DNA from: Acidobacteriota bacterium
GTDB lineage: Bacteria; Acidobacteriota; Thermoanaerobaculia; Gp7-AA8
Direction: 5' to 3'
DNA length: 64,000 nucleotides
Assembly (NCBI GenBank): GCA_019244185.1
Contig: JAFATB010000023.1
Span: 256,001-320,000 of the forward strand
A program made the position numbers and the translations under genes. Position 1 is the stretch's first letter; every line of letters begins with the position of its first letter. The notes under the pieces are model-generated. The model was not told where the DNA came from. It saw only the letters and a program-made list of their open reading frames with translations, and searched no databases. Of this stretch, positions 31,226 to 39,879 are shown piece by piece.

Positions 31226-33170
31226 GGTCGTTCGGTTGACGCCCTGAGCAAGTTTGCTGCCGGTCCTCCATCCACGCCTGCAGCATGAGCACGGCCCACA
31301 GATGATCCTGCCAGCGTCCGCGTCCCGCGAGCTGCTCAGCCCACGCGTGGCGGATCGGCGCCGGATCGACGAGCCCGTAGTCGCGCAGGCGCCGCTCGCT
31401 CAGCAGCTCTTCCGCCCAGTCGCGCAGCGGACCGCTGAGCCACGCGTCGATCGGGACCTTGAAGCCCATCTTCGGGCGGTCGATGAGCGACTGCGGCACG
31501 TAGCGGTCGAGGATGCGGCGCAGGATCACCTTGCCCTGGCCGCCGCGGACTTTCATCGACAGCGGCAGCGACCACGCGAGCTCGACCACGCGATGATCGA
31601 GCAGCGGCTCGCGCGCCTCGAGGCTCGCGGCCATGCTGGCGCGGTCGACCTTCGCGAGGATGTCATCGGGCAGATAGGTGATCTGGTCGAGGTACATCAT
31701 CAGCTGCACGGAATCGAGGCGCGGCCACGCGGCGCGATCGGGCGGTGGGACCGCGACGCCGGGCACGACGTCGTTCCAGTGCGCCATGACTTCGAAGTAA
31801 AGCTCGCTCAGCTCGCGCGCGCTGAGTACGCGGCCGAGCTTGTGGAGCTGCGCGCCGGCCTGCGGCTCGCGGAAACGGCGCGGCAGCAGCGGACGCGCGG
31901 CGCGGAAGAGGCGATCCCACGACGACGGCGCGATGCGCGTGAGTCCGTGGCCGAGCGCGCGGCGCAGCGGCGGCGGCACGGGACGGAACGCGCGCAGCAG
32001 CCGCTGTCCTTCGAAGTAGCGGCGATAGCCGCCGAACACCTCGTCGCCGCCTTCGCCGGAGAGGCTGACGGTCACGTGGCGGCGCGCCATGACGGAGACG
32101 AGATAGGTCGGGATCTGCGAGGAGTCGGCGAACGGCTCGTCGTAGAGCCGCGGCAGTTTCGGGATGACGTCGAGCGCGTCCTGCGGCGTGACGTACAGCT
32201 CGGTGTGCGCGGTGCCGAGGTGCTTTGCAATCGCGGCGGCGTACTTCGCTTCGTCGTACGCGTCCTCGTGGAAGCCGATGGTAAACGTCTTGACCGGTTG
32301 CGACGCCTGCACCTGCATCAGCGCGGTGACGAGCGAGGAGTCGATGCCGCCCGAGAGGAAGACGCCGAGCGGGACGTCCGCGACCATGCGCAGGGCGACG
32401 GCGTCGCGGAGGAGCGTGTCGAGCGCCGCGCATGCGTCCTCCTCGGAGCCGAGGAACGGCCGCGCGACGCCGCGTTCGGCTGCTTCCTTCGCCGACCAGT
32501 ACGTCGTCGTCTGCAGCGAGCGGCTGCCCGGCGTCACCGTCACGATCGTGCCGGGAAGCTGCTTGAAAATCCCGCGGTCGATGCTGAGCGGCGCGGGCAC
32601 GTAGAGGTTGCGCAGGTACGCGGCGACGGCGTTGCGGTCGACGTCGGCGTCGAAGTCGGGATGGCGCCGCAGCGCCTTCAGCTCCGAGCCGAAGACGAAC
32701 GTGTTTCGTACGAAACCGTAGTACATCGGCTTGACGCCCATGCGGTCGCGCACGAGGTGCAGCCGCCGCTCGCGGCGATCCCACAGCGCGAACGCGAACA
32801 TGCCGATGAAGCGCTTCACCGCCGCCTCGACGCCCCACTCCTCGAACGCGGCGAGCATGACTTCCGTGTCCGAATGGCCGCGATACGCCTGCGGCGGCAG
32901 CTCCGCGCGAATGGCCTCGTAGTTGTAGACCTCGCCGTTGAACGCCATGACGAAGCGATCGGACGCGGACGTCATCGGCTGATGGCCGGCGGCGGAGAGG
33001 TCGACGATGGCAAGCCGGCGGAAGCCGAGGGCGAGACCGTTGGCGGCATCGACGAAGTGGCCGTCGTCGTCGGGGCCGCGATGCACGATCGCGGAGGACA
33101 TCGCCCGCACCGCCGCCGTCAGTTCGTCGGCGGGCGCGGGCGTGGAGAGGAAGCCGGTGAGGCCGCACAT
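31140..33170 (-). CDS. asnB: Asparagine synthase (glutamine-hydrolysing)-type amidotransferase
   Basis: MCG N-terminus, HRGPD, RRLAI.D, FNGE.YN, RDR.G.KP, LSGGIDSS, EPFADSS, KVDRASM; tail overlaps the next gene. Confidence 0.93.
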   Translation of the reverse strand: MCGLTGFLSTPAPADELTAAVRAMSSAIVHRGPDDDGHFVDAANGLALGFRRLAIVDLSAAGHQPMTSASDRFVMAFNGEVYNYEAIRAELPPQAYRGHSDTEVMLAAFEEWGVEAAVKRFIGMFAFALWDRRERRLHLVRDRMGVKPMYYGFVRNTFVFGSELKALRRHPDFDADVDRNAVAAYLRNLYVPAPLSIDRGIFKQLPGTIVTVTPGSRSLQTTTYWSAKEAAERGVARPFLGSEEDACAALDTLLRDAVALRMVADVPLGVFLSGGIDSSLVTALMQVQASQPVKTFTIGFHEDAYDEAKYAAAIAKHLGTAHTELYVTPQDALDVIPKLPRLYDEPFADSSQIPTYLVSVMARRHVTVSLSGEGGDEVFGGYRRYFEGQRLLRAFRPVPPPLRRALGHGLTRIAPSSWDRLFRAARPLLPRRFREPQAGAQLHKLGRVLSARELSELYFEVMAHWNDVVPGVAVPPPDRAAWPRLDSVQLMMYLDQITYLPDDILAKVDRASMAASLEAREPLLDHRVVELAWSLPLSMKVRGGQGKVILRRILDRYVPQSLIDRPKMGFKVPIDAWLSGPLRDWAEELLSERRLRDYGLVDPAPIRHAWAEQLAGRGRWQDHLWAVLMLQAWMEDRQQTCSGRQPNDHVRRPTVERIQTATPPDRSRPLALPDRH
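31247..31262 (-). promoter_or_regulatory. Sigma54-like box upstream of GT4 (inside the asnB tail)
   Basis: CGGCAGCAAACTTGCT, GG-N10-GC with TTGCT. Confidence 0.55.
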
Positions 33171-33186
33171 GGTCGCGGCTGCACGG

Positions 33187-33202
33187 AGCAACCCTCACGC
33201 CA
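33187..33202 (-). promoter_or_regulatory. Sigma54 box upstream of asnB
   Basis: TGGCGTGAGGGTTGCT. Confidence 0.65.
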
Positions 33203-33301
33203 CGCGCGAGAGATGGCATGCGGCGCGCAACGCGCCGAGCTTGTCAGTTTCTACGCAGTGGCTTTACCCCAACGACCTCAAATGCGAAAGGCACTGCAGC
33301 C

Positions 33302-35353
33302 GTGGCACTCACACGTAACAACCGCATTGCTACTCTCCTGATTGCCAGCTTGTTCGTTTGCGGCTCCGCGCTAGCGCGGCATCGCGCCGTGCGCGTGCCG
33401 TCGCCGCCGTTCGACGTCCGCTGGACCGAGGGAGGGTACGCGGACCGGATGAGCGTCGCGCAGGGATCGACGATCACGTTTCACATCGCGTCGAGCGTCA
33501 ATCCATTTCACGTCCAGGTCGTCAACCTCGCGGACATGAGCGTCGTGCTCTCCGACCTCGGCCCGTTCAACTCGACGCCGCAGAACTGCTCGGGCGCGTA
33601 TCGCACCGGTTGCGGCTGGCTGCCGACGACGACGTTCGCGATTCCGCGCAACTGGCCGAGCGGCTACTACGCGGCGCAGTTCCCGACGGCGTTCGGACTG
33701 CGGCGCATCATCTTCGTCGTGCGTCAGGCGCTACCGGGCACTACGGCATCGACGCTCATCGTGGCTGCCACGAACACGTGGCAGGCCTACAACGACTTCG
33801 CCGGCAACAGTCTCTTTCCGTCGAATGACGACGACCGCGCCACGCACCTCTCGTTCGACCGCCCGTTCTCGACGGGCGCGGGCATGGGACGCTTCGACGG
33901 CTGGGAGCGGCTCTTCCTCAACTGGATGACGAGCGAGCACCGGCTCTACGAAGTCGTCGCTGACAGCGATCTCGACGACCCGACGCTGCTCTCGCACTAC
34001 AACGTGGTGGTCTTCGTTGGCAGCTCCGTCTACTGGACGAGCGAGGCGCGCGCGAATCTCGAAACGTACAGCACCAACGGCGGGCACATCGCGATCTTCG
34101 GCGGCACGACGATGTGGTGGCACGTGCGCTACGAGGACAACGGCCGCCTGCTCGTCGGCTACGAGGACGCGCTGCGCGATCCGCTGTACACGACGCAGAG
34201 CGCGCTCGTGACGACGAACTGGTTCGACGATCCGCTGTACCGCCCCGAGAACGGCATCACCGGCGTCTCGTTCCGCTACGGCGGCTACGCGAATCGCGTC
34301 CCCGACCCGAACGTCTATCAGCTGATTCCGCTCGAACAGCGCACCGGCTTCACGGTCACCGACGCGTCCACGTGGGTGACCTCCGGCACCGGTCTCACGA
34401 AAGGGCAGGCATTCGGCCAGGAGATCAGCGGCCTCGAAGTCGACGGCACGCTCTTCAACTGCAGCACGAACGGCGACCTCCTCGGACCCGACGGCTCCGA
34501 CGGCACGCCGCTCAACTTCCACATCGTCGCGATCACGCCGGCGTCGGACGGACACGGCGTCATCGGCTACTACACGAATGCTTCCGGTGGAATGGTCTTC
34601 AACGCCGCGACGCAGGAGTGGGCGACGGGACTCGTCAACGATCCGATCGTCCAGCGCATCACGCGCAACGTGCTCGACCGCCTCGGCACAGGCCAGCCGC
34701 AGCTCTACGATCCGGTCTCGACGCCGGTGCTCACGCAGGAGCTCTTCAACTGCCCGCAGGACACGCCCACATTCCTTCCCGGATGGCACGGCACGCGCGC
34801 GGGCGCGCAGGTGACGCAGTCGTGCGCGTATGAAGGCCCCGCGGGCATCGAGCTCGCGGGCGCGGACGCGATCTCGCTGCGCCGCGACTTCACGCTGCCG
34901 AACGCGCCGCGCAAAGATGCGAACGTGCGCTTCTACCTCAACGCCGATGCGTTCGAGAACCGCGGCGCCGTGCCGACGCCGATCGTCACGCTCGACAGCT
35001 ACATCCGCGATCAGTTCACGCAATCCGCGCTCGTCGAGCTGTGGAAGGAAGGCTCGACGCCGCAGATCCGGCTCTCGCGCCGCGGCAACGACGAGTCGTT
35101 CACCGGCGGCACGTTCGTTCCGCTCTCGCCCGGCTGGCATCTCGTCGAGGTGGCGTGGTCGTCGCCAGGCACGATGTCGCTGCAGGTCGACGGCGGAACG
35201 CCGGTGACGATGGAGAATCCGTTCGGCGATCAGATCGTGACGTCGGTCGTACTCGAGCTGTTGCATGACGACGCGGGGAAGAACGGACGCGTCTGCATTG
35301 ACGCGCTCGCGGTCGGCACGACGGAGCTCGGCGGCGTTCCCGCATTGCATTAG
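33302..35353 (+). CDS. Secreted N,N-dimethylformamidase beta-subunit-like protein, paralog 1 (active-site motif altered)
   Basis: EGGY....SV..G..I.F, W.SG.Y, TWQAYN, LSFDRP; VGSSVYW in place of GH.EYW; signal peptide; GTG start inferred. Confidence 0.78.
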   Translation: MALTRNNRIATLLIASLFVCGSALARHRAVRVPSPPFDVRWTEGGYADRMSVAQGSTITFHIASSVNPFHVQVVNLADMSVVLSDLGPFNSTPQNCSGAYRTGCGWLPTTTFAIPRNWPSGYYAAQFPTAFGLRRIIFVVRQALPGTTASTLIVAATNTWQAYNDFAGNSLFPSNDDDRATHLSFDRPFSTGAGMGRFDGWERLFLNWMTSEHRLYEVVADSDLDDPTLLSHYNVVVFVGSSVYWTSEARANLETYSTNGGHIAIFGGTTMWWHVRYEDNGRLLVGYEDALRDPLYTTQSALVTTNWFDDPLYRPENGITGVSFRYGGYANRVPDPNVYQLIPLEQRTGFTVTDASTWVTSGTGLTKGQAFGQEISGLEVDGTLFNCSTNGDLLGPDGSDGTPLNFHIVAITPASDGHGVIGYYTNASGGMVFNAATQEWATGLVNDPIVQRITRNVLDRLGTGQPQLYDPVSTPVLTQELFNCPQDTPTFLPGWHGTRAGAQVTQSCAYEGPAGIELAGADAISLRRDFTLPNAPRKDANVRFYLNADAFENRGAVPTPIVTLDSYIRDQFTQSALVELWKEGSTPQIRLSRRGNDESFTGGTFVPLSPGWHLVEVAWSSPGTMSLQVDGGTPVTMENPFGDQIVTSVVLELLHDDAGKNGRVCIDALAVGTTELGGVPALH

Positions 35354-35477
35354 CGAGCGAGCTCGACGCAACCTCATCGTGGCTGTGGCATGCCACGCGC
35401 AGGGCACGCTTCACGTCGTCTGCAGTCGCTTCAGTCACTTCAATCCACCAGGAAAGGTCCCCGCAGCCGTGACTCGT

Positions 35478-37535
35478 ATGAAACGAATCGCTCGCGTTCA
35501 TTTGCGTCAGCTGTCAGTTTTCATTTTTCTTCTCGCGTTGTGCGCGCCCGCGTTCGCCGCGCGGCGCCATTCCGTGCGCATCCCCGGCGCACCGTTCGAT
35601 GTGCAGTGGACGGAAGGCGGATACGCGGACAAGACCAGCGTCGAGCAGGGTGGAACGATCACGTTCCGCATCGCGACGAGCGTGAATCCGTTCACGGTCA
35701 CGATCGCGAACCTCGCCGACCTCAACACCACGCTCACGCAGATCGGCCCGTTCACGTCGCGTCCGCAGAACTGCTCGGGCGCGTATCGCACCGGCTGCGG
35801 CTGGGACGCGACGACGACATTTGCCGTGCCTGCGAACTGGCCGAGCGGCTACTACGCCGCGTCGTTCCAGACCGCGTTCGGCGTGCGGCGCATCATCTTC
35901 ATCGTGCGCTCGGCGACGCCGGGCGCGCTGTCGAAGACGGTCATCGTCGCCGCGACGAACACGTATCAGGCGTACAACTCGTTCGGCGGCGAGAGCCTCT
36001 ATCCCTCCGACGATCCCGATCGCGCGACGCATCTCTCGTTCGATCGTCCGTTCGCCGCCAGCGCGGGGCTGGGACGCTTCGACGGCTGGGAGAGCCTCTT
36101 CCTCCACTGGATGACGTCCGAGCATCGCGCGTACGAGGTCATCTCCGACAACGATCTCGAGGATCCGACGATCCTCGCGCACTACAACCTGGTCGTCTTC
36201 GTCGGCCATAGCGAGTACTGGACGAGCACCGCGCGGCAGAACCTCGAGACGTACAGCCACAACGGCGGCCACATCGCCATCTTCAGCGGCACGACGATGT
36301 GGTGGCGCGTGCGCTACGAGAACAACGGCCGGCTGATGGTCGGCTACAAGGACGCGCTGCGCGATCCGCTGTACGACACGAACCCGTCGCTCGTCACGAC
36401 GAACTGGTGGGCCGATCCGCTGTACAACCCCGAGAACCGCATCGTCGGCACGTCGTTCCGCTTCGGCGGTTACGCGAACCGCGATCCGGAGGTCCTCTAC
36501 GATTTGCTGCCGCTCGAACAGCGCACCGGCTTCTTCGTCGCCGATCCCACCAGCTGGGCGTTCAGCGGCACAGGGCTGACCAAAGGCCAGGAGTTCGGCA
36601 AGGAAGTGGCCGGACTCGAAGTCGACGGCGCGCTCTACAACTGCAACACGAACGGCGACATCCTCGGTCCCGACGGCTCCGACGGCACGCCGCTCAACCT
36701 GCACATCATCGCCGAGACGCCGGCCACCGAAGGCCACGGCATCATCGGCTACTACACGAACTCCGCGGGCGGCATGGTCTTCAACGCCGGCTCGCAGGAA
36801 TGGGCGACCGGCCTCGCCACCGATCCGGTCGTGCAGCAGATCACGCGCAACGTGCTCAATCGCCTCGGCACGGGGCAACCCGAGGTTTACGATCCCGTGT
36901 CGTCGCCGATCCTCACGCAGGAGCTCTTCAACTGCCCGCAGGATTCGGGTCCGTTCCTGCCGGGATGGACGGGCACGCGCGGCGGCGCGGAGCTCACGAA
37001 CGCGTGCGGGTACGAAGGACCGCACGGCGTGAGCCTCGCCGGCGCGGACGGCATCGCCATGCGCCGCGACTTCGCGCTCGGCAACGCGCCGCGCAGGGAC
37101 GCGAACCTGCGCTTCTACGTGAATGCGGATGCATTCGAGAACCGCGGTCCTTTCCCGACGCCGGTCGTCACGCTGGTGAGCTTCATCCGCCAGCAGTTCA
37201 AGGAATTCGCGATCGTCGAAATGTTCAAGGAAGACGGCCAGCCGGAGATCCGCCTCGCGCTACGCGGCAGCGACGGCTCGTTCCACCCCGGCACGTTCGT
37301 GAAGCTCACGGCGGGCTGGCACCTCGTCGAGGTGTCGTGGATCTCGCCCGGCACGTGCTCGCTGCAGGTCGACAGCGGAACGCCGGTGACCATCGACAAC
37401 ACGTATCTCGATCAGGGGGTGACGTCGGTGGTGCTCGAGTTCGCACCGGATGAAGCGGCGCAGAACGGCCGCGTGTGCGTCGACGCGCTCGCCATCGGCA
37501 CCACGAAGCTCGGCGGAGTGCCGGGGATTCGGTAA
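35478..37535 (+). CDS. Secreted N,N-dimethylformamidase beta-subunit-like protein, paralog 2
   Basis: Same architecture with intact VGHSEYW; signal peptide; collinear with paralog 1 over its full length. Confidence 0.8.
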   Translation: MKRIARVHLRQLSVFIFLLALCAPAFAARRHSVRIPGAPFDVQWTEGGYADKTSVEQGGTITFRIATSVNPFTVTIANLADLNTTLTQIGPFTSRPQNCSGAYRTGCGWDATTTFAVPANWPSGYYAASFQTAFGVRRIIFIVRSATPGALSKTVIVAATNTYQAYNSFGGESLYPSDDPDRATHLSFDRPFAASAGLGRFDGWESLFLHWMTSEHRAYEVISDNDLEDPTILAHYNLVVFVGHSEYWTSTARQNLETYSHNGGHIAIFSGTTMWWRVRYENNGRLMVGYKDALRDPLYDTNPSLVTTNWWADPLYNPENRIVGTSFRFGGYANRDPEVLYDLLPLEQRTGFFVADPTSWAFSGTGLTKGQEFGKEVAGLEVDGALYNCNTNGDILGPDGSDGTPLNLHIIAETPATEGHGIIGYYTNSAGGMVFNAGSQEWATGLATDPVVQQITRNVLNRLGTGQPEVYDPVSSPILTQELFNCPQDSGPFLPGWTGTRGGAELTNACGYEGPHGVSLAGADGIAMRRDFALGNAPRRDANLRFYVNADAFENRGPFPTPVVTLVSFIRQQFKEFAIVEMFKEDGQPEIRLALRGSDGSFHPGTFVKLTAGWHLVEVSWISPGTCSLQVDSGTPVTIDNTYLDQGVTSVVLEFAPDEAAQNGRVCVDALAIGTTKLGGVPGIR

Positions 37536-37543
37536 GTCCGTCG

Positions 37544-38758
37544 TCAAGCGAGACGCGCGGTGATGATCCGCGCGATCGCGTCCCACCCGAAGTCGGTGCG
37601 CGCGTCCTCGGCGGCGCGCGCGCCGAGGCGGGCGGCGAGTTGCGGATCGTCGAGCAGACGTTCCAGTGCGCGCGCGAGCGCATCCGCATCGCCGGTGGGC
37701 ACGAGCAGTCCCGACACGTCGTTCTCGACGACGTCCTGCATCGCGCCGACGGCACTGGCGACGATCGGCACGCCGAACGTCTGCGCGACGTGAATGGCGC
37801 CGCTCTGGTAGATGTCGCGATAGGGAAAGACGATCGCCGACGCGAGCTCCATCCACGCGGCCACTTCGGCGGAGTCGATGTACTCGGGGACCCACGTCAC
37901 GCGATCGGAGATGCCGAGGCGCTCGGTGAGCTCCTGGTGTTTGCGGACGTCGAAGTCGTGGAACGGGAAGCCGGCGAGCACGAGGCGCGCGCGGTCTTTC
38001 TGCCGCATGCGCGCGAACGCTTCGATGAGCACGTCCGTGCCTTTGTAGCGCGAGAGCGTGCCGAAGAAGAGAATGACCGGCTCGTTCGCGGGGAGGTTGA
38101 GGCGCCGGCGCAGCGTGTTCGCGTCGACGCCGGGCGCGCGCAGCTCGCGGAAGATCTCCTCGTTGCCGTGGTAGATCACGTCGACGCGGCTCGCGGGGAC
38201 GGGGAACGAGCGCACGAACTCGTCGCGATTGCGCGCGAAGTGCACGAACACGAAGTCGAACAGGCGATAGATGCGCCGGTAGAAAAACGCGCGCCGCGCG
38301 GAGCGGTCGAAGAGCCCCGCGGACTTGCCGCCGGCGGAGAACGGGTGGACGTTGTGGCAGATGTCCGCCAGCACGCGCGCGTTGCGGCGCAGCAGCATCA
38401 GCGGGAAGAGATCGAAGGGAAAGCGGATGTCGCCGAGAAGCACGAGATCGGGCGCGAGCTTGCGCACGCGGCGAGTCATGCGCAGCCATTCGCGGTAGTA
38501 GCGGACCGCGCGCGTCACGCGGCGCGTCTTGCGCCACGCCACCGCCCACCACGCCGTCGACACGCGACCGCTCGGCTTCGGATCCCACAGCTCGATGGTC
38601 GGCTCGACGCGGAAGTTGTGCGGCAGCGAGGCGAGCTCGTAGCTCTTCTCGGTGATCAGCGTGACGTCCGCGCCGGCGTTGGCCATGGCGCGGCAGAGCT
38701 GAAAGGCGTAGTGGATCATCCCGCCTTTGCCGGACGGCTCGATGAACGCGATCTTCAA
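37544..38758 (-). CDS. GT4 glycosyltransferase
   Basis: GG..HY, HN..P, HG, FFG....YKG, PY....QSG; TTG start coupled to the upstream gene. Confidence 0.88.
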   Translation of the reverse strand: MKIAFIEPSGKGGMIHYAFQLCRAMANAGADVTLITEKSYELASLPHNFRVEPTIELWDPKPSGRVSTAWWAVAWRKTRRVTRAVRYYREWLRMTRRVRKLAPDLVLLGDIRFPFDLFPLMLLRRNARVLADICHNVHPFSAGGKSAGLFDRSARRAFFYRRIYRLFDFVFVHFARNRDEFVRSFPVPASRVDVIYHGNEEIFRELRAPGVDANTLRRRLNLPANEPVILFFGTLSRYKGTDVLIEAFARMRQKDRARLVLAGFPFHDFDVRKHQELTERLGISDRVTWVPEYIDSAEVAAWMELASAIVFPYRDIYQSGAIHVAQTFGVPIVASAVGAMQDVVENDVSGLLVPTGDADALARALERLLDDPQLAARLGARAAEDARTDFGWDAIARIITARLA

Positions 38759-39879
38759 CGCGCGGCCTCCTGATACACGGCATCGAGCCGGTCGATCCAG
38801 ACGCGCGTCGAGAAGCGTTGCCCGGCGGTGGGTCGTGTTGCGCCGCGCATCCGCGCGTGCGTCGCGCGATCGGCGAGCAGCGTCGCGATCGCGCGCGCGA
38901 GCGCGTCGGCATCGTTGGCGGGCACGAGACGGCCGACGTTCGCGTCGACGATCTCCGGAATGCCGCCGACGTTCGTGGCGACGATCGGTACGCCCGCCGC
39001 GAGCGCTTCCATCAGCACGGTCGGAAACGCGTCGTCGAGACTCGGCAGCACGAACAGCTCGCAGCCGGCGAGGAGCGCGGCGACGTCGTTGCGGTAACCG
39101 GCCCAGCGGATGTGGCGTTCGACGCCGAGCGCGTTTGCTTGCGCCGTCCACGCCGCGCGCATCGGACCGTCGCCGACGATCACGAAGCAGGCATCGGGCA
39201 CCTGCGCGACGACGTGCGGAATCGCGTCGAGCAGCACCTCGATGCCTTTGCCGGGACGCAGCACGGAGACCGTGGCGACGATGCGCGCGGAGTCGGGGAT
39301 GTCGAGATCGCGCGCGAGCAGCGCGCGGCTCTCGCGCGCGTCGCGCGCGAAGCGATCGACTTCGATGCCGTTGTGCACGGTGATGATCCGCGACGGCGCG
39401 AGACCGCCGCGCTCGAGGTAGCGGCGGCGCAGCGCGTCGGAGACGGCGATGACGCGCGACGACCAGCGGTTCGTGACGAAACGCATCAGGCGGTCGCGAA
39501 TGGCAAAACGACCATCGGCCGGCGGCGCCACGTGCAGCGTCGCCACCGACGGGATTTTCGTCAGCCGCGACGCGACCGCGGCCCAGATCGAGGCGTAGGT
39601 GAGGTGCGCGTGAATGAGATCGATGCGCTGCTCGCGGAGAAAGCGGAGCAGCTTGCGGAACGCGCGGAGGTCGCGGAGATTGCGCGCGCCGAGGTTGAGG
39701 ACCTCGATGTTCGCGGCGCGGAGCTCCTTCTCCAGCGCGTTGCCCTGGATCGTGGCGAGGCAGCAGAGAAAGAGCTCGTAGCGCGACGGATCGAGCTGCC
39801 GCGCGAACGGCACGATCAGCGACTCGGCGCCGCCGACGGTCAAGGAGTCGATGAGCCAGAGGAGGCGGATGCGCTTCAC
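38755..39879 (-). CDS. GT4 glycosyltransferase
   Basis: DSL..GGAE, HAH, VS, NG, KG, PS..DAFP..LMEA.A.G.P. Confidence 0.9.
   Translation of the reverse strand: MKRIRLLWLIDSLTVGGAESLIVPFARQLDPSRYELFLCCLATIQGNALEKELRAANIEVLNLGARNLRDLRAFRKLLRFLREQRIDLIHAHLTYASIWAAVASRLTKIPSVATLHVAPPADGRFAIRDRLMRFVTNRWSSRVIAVSDALRRRYLERGGLAPSRIITVHNGIEVDRFARDARESRALLARDLDIPDSARIVATVSVLRPGKGIEVLLDAIPHVVAQVPDACFVIVGDGPMRAAWTAQANALGVERHIRWAGYRNDVAALLAGCELFVLPSLDDAFPTVLMEALAAGVPIVATNVGGIPEIVDANVGRLVPANDADALARAIATLLADRATHARMRGATRPTAGQRFSTRVWIDRLDAVYQEAAR

Noticed and set aside
31140-33170. AsnB homolog as a lasso-peptide cyclase
   Set aside because: Intact N-terminal Cys glutaminase domain, EPS context, and no B1/B2 proteins or precursor
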